Assembly (NCBI GenBank): GCA_030141605.1
Contig: JAQGDQ010000333.1
Coordinates: 124,001 to 188,000, forward strand
Reading direction: 5' to 3'
DNA: 64,000 bases
DNA from: Tubiluchus corallicola
Taxonomy: Eukaryota; Animalia; Priapulida
Below the pieces are notes generated by a model. That model made no database searches, was not told the origin of the DNA, and worked only from the letters and a program-made list of their open reading frames with translations. Both the position numbers and the translations under genes were made by a program. Positions 56,101 through 64,000 of the stretch are shown here, one piece after another. Position 1 is the stretch's first letter. The number at the start of each line of letters is the position of its first letter.

Positions 56101-56431
56101 TGCTGGGGAAACCATTTTCTACGCTAGCTTTGCGAAAATTATTAACATTTTTGAATGAGTATGTGTCATCTTCACCAATCTGGTTAACAATGTGACTATT
56201 AGCATTTTTCAAATCATGAATCACACTGCTGCTGCGCCTTTTACTTAGCTGTTTTATTTTATGCGGTTCTTCAGTATCCGATGATGAATCTTCAGAATCT
56301 GCAAAACCCTCATCTCCTAGCGGAACCAACACGAGATCAACATCATCATCATCATCATCATCATCATCTACATCACTGTCATCCTCATCATCCCCAATGT
56401 TGAAGTCATCAAAATCGTCGTCAAATAACAT
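35603..56431 (-). CDS. EEF2K: Eukaryotic elongation factor 2 kinase (alpha-kinase plus SEL1-like repeats), about 832 aa
   Basis: Phase-consistent exons 56431-55898, 54766-54620, 53036-52999, 52603-52432 (GC donor), 51104-50958, 48906-48767, 48543-48420, 46561-46178, 45855-45787, 44425-44300, 42298-42107, 39867-39743, 39386-39205, 35721-35603 (TAA). Motifs: CaM-binding RWVQAINKAMHLKDPW; GAMRECFR; NYVAKCY; EDVKLQMDAKLWG; KYNSNSGFV; TPHAFSHFTFERSGHELIVVDVQGVGDLWTDPQIHT; GDGNLGTRGMALFFHSHVCNTIC; C-terminal AMKGRLANKYYALAEEAWA. Confidence 0.96.
37715..38671. mobile_element. Tc1/mariner (pogo-like) MITE in the last eEF2K intron
   Basis: TA|CAGTAGGCGCCGCTTAATAGACT ... AGTCTATTAAGCGGCGCCTACT(T)|TA; inverted homologue of 30796-31570. 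Confidence 0.9.
40259..40286. repeat. (AT)n microsatellite
   Basis: Perfect AT run. Confidence 0.95.
40480..41890 (-). mobile_element. Two adjacent, old, internally deleted mariner/Tc1-like copies (about 40480-41128 and 41330-41888)
   Basis: Both end ttttctgcac(c/t)ac(c/a)cga|ta and share about 300 bp of homology. Minus-strand remnants PLDYGVPNSHKEKVY and EVNFLNYSTWNSLKR resemble the DLNPLDY..W..LK.KVY transposase motif. Left boundaries are approximate. Confidence 0.65.
41129..41180. repeat. (AT)n microsatellite grown at the TA target site of the mariner-like copy
   Basis: Perfect AT run of about 52 bp. Confidence 0.95.
42432..44071. mobile_element. Kolobok-type non-autonomous DNA transposon
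   Basis: TTAA|AGGGGGAATATCA(T)...(G)TGATATTCCCCCT|TTAA, with TIR similarity extending about 30 bp. Purine-starting TIR plus TTAA TSD fits Kolobok rather than piggyBac. Faint THAP-like remnants (NGC, LAVRR, LCLHF) on the minus strand at 43650-43380. Confidence 0.8.
51999..52364. mobile_element. Tc1/mariner-type MITE
   Basis: TA|CACTCATAACTCAG ... CCGAGATATGAGTG|TA. Confidence 0.7.
53080..53420. repeat. Degenerate (GTT/GAT/CAT)n low-complexity tract in an eEF2K intron
   Basis: Runs of gttgtt, gatgat and catcat. Confidence 0.75.
53980..54143. mobile_element. 164-bp Tigger/pogo-like MITE
   Basis: TA|CAGTCAAGCCTTTTTATAACAC ... GTGTTATAACAAGGTTTGACTG|TA. Confidence 0.85.
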
Positions 56432-57256
56432 GCTGACCAATCATGACCTAACATTCCAACTATTTCAGTCTAGGAAAGTACCAGACCTTGAATAGCAGAA
56501 AAGAATAGCAAATTAAAACAAACTCTGCAACCTTGCAGCTCGTTTTTCTACATTTCACATTAGATATGGTAATTAAAAGAAGAAAAGAGAAGTTTATTAT
56601 GAGTTTTCAAAAACTTACATTAATTACAAAATTCTATTACTTCAAATTGATATCATTTAACATTTTCAGGTTTTACCTACATGTACTGAATATTTGACAG
56701 GGGCATTCAAATCGAATGGAATGAAACAAAATTCGAGTATTCATTGAAAACCGGAATTTGCTTGCAGCCACTAAAAACTATGCAATGTTATCTGACAATG
56801 TTGAAAATTTGTTTGCAACTCACTTCCATGATGTTACTGAAACAATGACATGCCTGTGATAGTTCCACAAATGGATTTAAAATGAAAACGAACGGGAATT
56901 TCTCACAACATAGATGCAAAATTCTTATTACACCAGTATTCATGGATAAAAAAGCCAGCTGCTTATTTGGAAACTGTATAATGGTATGAAACAGTATAAT
57001 GTTGTAGCCTAGTATTATCCGCAATTTATTAAATCTAAACTTCATTTATAAACCCACCTTATGAGCTGTGAAGACAACAAAATTGCGATGCAAAAGCACA
57101 GGATTGCCTCGTGTTTTAACTTATCAAGTGGATTTATTAAGTGAAGTATACAGTATTTTTTAAACTGCAATTTGGTTTTTTCTGAGACCCGCACTAAAAG
57201 TTAGCCCAAAACATTTACAATAAATGCAATTAATGTTGATATGCCCAGCACCATTA

Positions 57257-58208
57257 CAGAACTGTCAACCTATACGGTTTGGCCGTATTGCTGTACGGGA
57301 AAAATGCATTTTTTGCCCAATACGGCTTACAAGAAAATCCATACGGCGAAAAGAAAAATATACGGCAAAATCAAAATATTGCTCAGCGAAAATAATAGCA
57401 TCGAATATTCCCTTTTCGATCGGTACTTTCATGCAGACGATCTTACTTCCGTTCAAACGTTGTCATTGCGCACACTCAGCTAATAATTTTTAACATCCGG
57501 TTAACCACTTCCGCTATTTCATTCGTGAAAAAAAACATGGCAAGCGAACGTGTTCCTCCGGCGAAAAAGCAAAAAACTGGAACTGGATGTCATTTAAAAG
57601 AATGGGAGAGCCCAAAGTTTTGTGGTGGAGCATACGCTGGATGGGTGAATGCCTCATCAGAAGGCTCCGACTACTCGTTTTGTGTTCCATGTAGGGAAAA
57701 TGTGAAAGTGCGAGCGTCCGGGTTTTACGACCTGAAGAGCCATTTCTCAACACGTGGACACAAGGAAAGTGTGGCGAAAACTAAAACTTTTCGGTCGATG
57801 GATGATCATTTCAAACCAGCGAAGGAACCTGTTGTTAACTCTAATGCCACAGCTGCAGAAATTTTATTTTGTCAGTTTGTGGCTCTTGTTTTTATGTGTT
57901 TTGTCTTTTTTTTAATATATATGTATATATAAAGTTAAGTGTTTGTTACAAAATTCCATCTGATATGCATACATAAATAATATCACACCATAACCAAATA
58001 GTTTTTTTTCATGAAAACAAGACAATAAAATCATGTTCCAATGATTTTTTGTTGTTGTGTGGACTGATATGCGATCTCGTGACTGGTCTGTTTCTGTTAG
58101 CTCCCAGCAAATTAACATATTTTCAGATTCGGTAAGGTCCCGTGCTGTCTTATAAGGTTTAGCAAGACCCTATATAAGGGCAACGCTAATAACAGGTTGA
58201 CAGGTATG
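57257..58208 (+). mobile_element. Internally deleted hAT-family transposon (6-bp TSD) retaining the N-terminal zinc-finger part of the transposase
   Basis: TIRs CAGAACTGTCAACCT ... AGGTTGACAGGTATG, flanked by ccatta on both sides. ATACGG subterminal repeats. ORF 57537-57932 MASERVPPAKKQK...W..W...SFCVPC...SGFYDLKSHFSTRGH...AAEILFCQFVA. Confidence 0.85.
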
Positions 58209-59049
58209 CCATTATAGATCAGTGTAGTGAAAAAACTCATTAAAATCCAGTAGAAAGAATCAATCAGGTCAAAAAGTTATTCATTTATCAATTACAAAGT
58301 GAATCTCAGTTAGTTTTCTTTTAAATGAATCGATATTAACAGCATTAACCATTTATTCCACAAATCGATTTCGGCATTAAAAAAACGAATCCACACAGAC
58401 CTTCCAACTCCTGCATATTTTAAACCTTCTATCAAACTTCAGTTTTTACCCATTCTGCACCTTCACACGCAAATCACCTGGCTTTCTTCGCCTTCAGTAT
58501 CAACCACAATTTCTAATATTACTCTCAATGATAGGGAAGAGATTATGAGTCTCACAATGTACATTATAGTAAGGGTAGTGACAAAAAGACAAGCAGTTTT
58601 GGGCATTACAGAGCTTTTTCACACGTACAAAAAAGCATAATTATATAAAAAGTTCCTATATAGTGAATTGCAATAACAGCATAAGAAAGCTCAGTAACAC
58701 CTAAAAATCATGTTAATTTAATTTATTTTTTGCATTATTTTTTTTTGATAACTAGAGTTCGAAAATCAATAAAAGCAAAAAATTTTGGGACATAATTACC
58801 CCCCTGCAAAGGGTGATCAGCCCAGAGTTTCTACATTTCACTTTCGTTTTTGCTTTAAATGGCTGGCAATTCTGAAAACAGTACGTATCAGTGTTAAACT
58901 ATTTTTTTAAAATTATCACCCCTTGTTCGTAGATTGATGAATTGAAAAGTAACGGAAGAATCGGTGTTAGTGAACCTTCTGTAATTTTAAAAACTTCAAT
59001 TATATTTTTTATGAAAGTTTAATTGAACGACCATCTGTATAGAACTTAC

Positions 59050-59330
59050 CACTATTTTAGGTCACTTTACAGAATACAATAGTATCGATACGAGACAAAT
59101 TGAATGCAATCCATTATTTCAGTCAGAGTATTTACAACCAACCCAGCTGGGCTGTCCCACTAAAATAAGTGATGAAAATCACTGCATCCAGCAATAAACC
59201 ACACAGTAGTCATTACTATAATATCACATAAAAACTCCCAACGACCATGGAACAACTAAAAAAGACCCACAGCTCTCACTGCTCTGGTAGTTTAGCTGTA
59301 AACATCTGACGTCACAGGCTACAAACACGT
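59050..59330 (-). promoter_or_regulatory. Candidate eEF2K promoter and non-coding first exon, with a full CRE
   Basis: Palindromic TGACGTCA at 59307-59314; strong donor G|GTAAGT at 59050/59049; matching acceptors at 56486 or 56469 ahead of the ATG. Confidence 0.45.
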
Positions 59331-59699
59331 TCATTTGTCACGAGTTCTGTACCATTTTTGCAGTGGGGTAAAGGCAGCTTTTAGTTAGCAACATAGCTTA
59401 AATTAATTTTCTCAAATTTTATCAAAATAATAAAATTTGTTAATGAGATTTTATTGCACTAATTAACTATCATACAGTAAGAATACGATCACAACAACAA
59501 AAAAGAAACATACGATGTACATGATACCATCACTACAGCTTAATGTATAATTAACAGTTTCGTTTCCCTATAGTAATTAAAAAACTTTTTAGGTTTAAAC
59601 CATGATCAAACAGTTTCAAAGGCAAATAAGTTAGTGTTAGAATAGTCTTTTCTAGCAATCTATTATTACTATTAACAATACTTTCATATTAGAAACACG

Positions 59700-62600
59700 A
59701 GTATGATATTTAAATATCATTTTTGTCACCTTGACACAAGCACTTGTGCTGGGGTGGGTTTTGTTCATTCTGTGGATTTTAAAAGCAAGTATACTATTAT
59801 AAATTCAAGAATTATTGCTCTCAAAACTCGCATAAACAACAAGCAAATAACAATCATAAATGGCTATGCACCCACGCTAGTGAAAAGTGAAAGGAGTTAA
59901 GAGATGGTTTTTATGATGATTTGGATAACTTTATCAGCACAGTACCTAAAAGTCATTTGCTAATCGTTTGTGGAGATTTCAATGCCAAGAGTGGATCACT
60001 GCATAATTCATTACCAGAGCATATAGGTAAATATGGAAAGGGAATTTCAAATTCAAATGAATTACGATTAGCCGATTAGCTGAAACAGTTGTAGCCAAAA
60101 ATTTGGTAGTCACTAACACAATATTCCAACATAAATATGCTCACGTCACTACCTGGCAAGCAACAGAGAAAAATAAGATGTCATGGAATGCCGAACCCAG
60201 GAAAAATCCTATAAGGAATCAAATAGATTTTGTTATAGTAAGGAAAATGCATATGCTGCAAATAAGAAATTCCAGATCACATGCTGGCTTAAACATAGAT
60301 ACCAGTCACTCTTTGGTTATGACAAGATTTCAGTCAAATGGGTAAAGATGCTACAGAAAAAGCAAAGAACTAAATACTTAGATGTTGCCAAGCTAAAGTA
60401 TAAAGATTATAGAGAAAAATACAATTTCAAGTTAGAACAGAACATTACTAAATCTCCACCTGGTGAGACATCTGAAAACACAAAGTTGCAATTGCAAAGT
60501 TGCAATTTCACAAAAGAAATTCGGCGGCAGAAATACTTGGACATGTGAGATTTAACGACAAAAACGTTAAAGATGATGAGACAGAAGCTTTGTCTGCAAA
60601 TCAGAAAGTTTTGAAAGATAAAATTCACCAATGTAAAAATTTGGGAGAAATTGATGATCACAAGAAGAAACGCAAGGAAATTCTAAAACAAATAAATGAA
60701 AAGGTAAAACAAATAGAAGAAGAAAAGGCGCCTGGTATTGCAGAAGAAAGCAAACAAAAAATGATTCTTCTTGGCATTTTAAAGCAATACGGACTTTGCA
60801 GAACTTTCAGCCAAAGACAAAATTGATTGTAGAAGGAAATACTGGTCTACTTACTGATGCTGAACAGCAAACTGAAGCTATAGCAGAATTTTTTCATGTT
60901 TAATGACAAAAATACAACCGGCGTTAGAAGGATTCACTATCCATTGAAAGTTCCATTTACTAAAGAAGAAATAAAGCATGTGGCAAAATCATTGAAAAAC
61001 AACAAAAGTTAGGCGCTGATGAATTAAATGCTGAGTTAGTCAAGTATGGAACAGATAATTTATATGCAGAAATCTCTGAAATTCTAACCAATATTTGAAA
61101 AACAGGCACATTTCCGCAGAATATACTAAAAGGAATACTTATCCCTTTACCCAAGCTAGATAAGAAACGAGGTCCTACCGAAAACCTTAGACCGTTGATG
61201 TTGCTTACACTCATAAGGAAAATTTTGGCTATCTGTGTGTTGACTAGGAGCTAGGACAGGTTACACACTTACATTCCAACAAGCCAAGCAGCATATTAGC
61301 TAGGACAGAATACTACTGAATTAGTACAAGCCTGTAAATTACTATCCAAAAAAGTCATCTCTTCTGTTGATTACTCAATATATATTCTCATGATCGATAT
61401 GTCAAAGGTCTTTGATTGCGTTTGGACAAAAACTCTACTTTGCTGTCTGGAAGAAATCCTTGAACCTGATGAAATATACATCATAAGTATAATGTTAGAA
61501 AATTTATTAATTCAAGTCAGGTGTGAAGGGAAATTGAATCAGCCGTTTTCTACAAACAAAGGAGTACCTCAGGATGACTGCCTATGCCCTGTACTTTTCA
61601 CATTATATCTTGCCATAGCTCTCACTGAGGACAAAGTTATACCATTGAAACAACTAGAAGATCACAACCACACAATTCTTGATCCTGAATTAATACCGAA
61701 GGAAGTAAGACAAGAACACATTTACAGCTCCCTACAAGGTAAGTCAACTACTATTTCTATGCAGTATGTTGATGATGTGGCATGGATTACAAGAAACAAA
61801 GAAGAAATAGATGAAATAAAAAACTCAATAGAGGCGATACTGAACAGAATGGATCTCATAGTAAACAAAAATAAAACTGAGGAGTTTTTCACATAACACT
61901 CCATGGTGATGAATCATGCAAAAATGCAAGTATCACAGTAGTCTGCTGGCAACAGAAGATGACATATCAAGACGGGAGATAATGGCATTATCAGCTTATT
62001 CGAAACTCGCAAAAGTTTTTGAGCTTAGGAAGATTTCTTTGGAAACAAAAATTAGAATATTCTCAGCCTTAGTTGAAATTATATTTCTGTACTTCTGAGC
62101 TCTGAACATTAAAAAGCAAATCATAAAGCTGAAATCGATGTGTTTCAAAGGCGAAATTACAGAAACATTTTGGGTATCAGATGGCCAAAGAAAATCTCAA
62201 ACAAAGTCTATATGAAAAAATAAAAGAAGAACCTTGGATAGGAAAAATAAAAAGACACCATTTAGGATGGGTTGGGCATATGCTTAGATTACTTGATGAT
62301 ATTCCAGTGAAGATAGCTGTTCAACAAGCCATAGAGCCAGCTAAAAACCTGCAAGAGGACAAGTGTTAACATATTTAGATTTTGCACAGAAAGATTTAAA
62401 CACTTCAGCATTGATCCTTAGAAATAAATGCACTTGGGGCATTGCTGCATGTTGTGTTTTGTTTCTCTTGTAAGTCTTGTAGAGAAAACCAGAAAACACG
62501 TCGTCAAATTAAACTGGTTTATTATGCGAGAATTCTACAACACAAAAGTATGAAAAAATGTGATATATTTACAGTCAGTGATAATCTGGAAATGTGAAAG

Positions 62601-62850
62601 TGAGAAAGCGTATCTGAGAATATGAGAGTAAACTTGAGTGGCCAGCTCCGCGTTATATATCAGTGCAATGAACAATCTAGAAACTACTACGCGCATCGCG
62701 TATATAAAATTCTCGAATCTTCTACAAGGTAAGAAGATTGTTCTACTATACTATAGAATATTCCAGATCTCCACAACACTGCGAGTAGGAGTCCTGGCAT
62801 AAGGAGGTGAACAGAATCATATCCCTGGACGTTTGATTCAGTGGATGCTG
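59700..62850 (+). mobile_element. RTE-type LINE (APE endonuclease plus RT), pseudogenised
   Basis: EN motifs AGVGF, INGYAPT, VCGDFNAK, IGKYG, TNTIFQHK, NQIDFV, DTSHSLV. RT motifs IPLPK, NLRPLML, IDMSK.FD, GVPQDD.L.P.LF.LY, QYVDD. C-terminal WVGHMLRL. Many stops and frameshifts. Confidence 0.92.
62450..62778 (-). mobile_element. 329-bp solo LTR inserted in the RTE 3' region
   Basis: TGTTGTG...CACAACA termini; 5-bp TSD ctgca/ctgcg. The sister RTE copy near 22200 is uninterrupted at this site. AATAAA on the minus strand at about 62518-62523. Confidence 0.85.
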
Positions 62851-63734
62851 ATTTAGTCACTAGTTGCAGCTAGTATTATACAAAGTTAATCCTAAATATA
62901 TCTATGCCAGTACAATCTTATTTAATAATAACTTTGTTCTAGCATAAAAACAATAGTAGGTGCAAACTGCTTCGACTTTATATGATATTAAGATATTATA
63001 CTGATACATATTGACAGTGATTCCCCTTTGGAATTTTCTAGATTTATGATAATGTTCCGTTTCAATGTACAATTTATGAGACCAAGAAGTAGTTTTCCAT
63101 TTTATATTGGACTTTAAAAGTTATAGGTTGAAAAGTAGCTGATACTTGTATGTAAGTTTTAAAGCCAAAGTTGTGCAATTTTGGAAATTTGTCTTATATA
63201 ACCCAAAAGTCAGTTAATACTTATAAGCTTGAACATTCAAGGTTTGCTTCTAATATGACAGCAAATCTAAGTTTATTTTGTTAAGTATAGGTTACAAACG
63301 TTTGTGAACATAAAAGCCAAATAGTTGCTTTTTATTGCATTTCATAAGATAATATTATACAATTTTGAACAAGTTATGTATAATTATATTCATTAAAGAG
63401 AATGGCGACGTAAGGAAAACGTTATTGCAAGACATGCGCAAATAATAAAAGTGTTTTAGTTGATGTGCATTTTAGGATATCGCATATCATTTTTAGTAGG
63501 GACTGCTGTTAAGTTTACTGCATAAATCTTGATTTGCAATGTGCCAAAGTAAAGTCATAAATATAGAAAAAGTATCATCTTTAAACGTTGAGGTACGACT
63601 GTGATCGAAGTAGCAGTATATAACACACAAATCTAATCTGTCAAATTCCTTTAATTTTAAAAACACATACGTATATGGTGTATGTATATTGCACAATATT
63701 TATTATTTGTTATGTAAAGCTATTACTAGAAGAA

Positions 63735-63785
63735 AATTATTCTTATTATTATTCTTATTGCTACTACTACTACTACTACTACTAC

Positions 63786-63861
<76 letters not shown>

Positions 63862-63985
63862 GTTATTATTATTATTATTATCATCATTATTATTATTATC
63901 ATTATCATAATCACTATCATCATCATCACCAATCTTAGTCATTATCACCATTATTTATTATTATTGTAGATTCATCATCATCATC
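63735..63985. repeat. Compound (TAC)n-(TAT)n-(CAT)n microsatellite
   Basis: Direct inspection. Confidence 0.97.
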
Positions 63986-64000
63986 CAATAAATCATACGT

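Noticed and set aside
63675-63951. Poly-Tyr/Leu/Asn/Ile ORFs
   Set aside because: Translations of a trinucleotide microsatellite.

Overview
This is AT-rich, intron-rich animal (invertebrate-type) nuclear DNA, not prokaryotic, and I saw no CRISPR array, rRNA or intact tRNA. Three host genes can be assembled by hand from splice-phase-consistent exons. (1) The 5' part of a JADE/PHF15-17 (rhinoceros-like, EPL1-domain) gene on the minus strand (coding exons 11176->1716), which runs off the left edge. (2) A complete PSMD14/Rpn11 gene on the plus strand (30321-32309, one coding intron). (3) A complete 14-exon eEF2 kinase gene on the minus strand (56431->35603, about 832 aa, one GC-AG intron), convergent with PSMD14. 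The rest is mostly decayed transposons: a Gmr1-like Gypsy LTR element, a deleted BEL/Pao element, two RTE-type LINE copies (one carrying a solo LTR), CR1/L2-type LINE fragments, a Penelope-like remnant with inverted hammerhead-ribozyme-like repeats, and non-autonomous hAT, Tc1/mariner, Kolobok and PIF/Harbinger elements with visible TIRs/TSDs. I cannot support a wholly new multi-gene system. The best leads are a spliced 100-aa ORF inside a BEL LTR-like region, an array of RRxS motifs plus overlapping uORFs at the eEF2K N-terminus, a Harbinger MITE carrying a copy of its own flank, and the Penelope hammerhead pair. All calls come from manual reading and translation; no database search was run.
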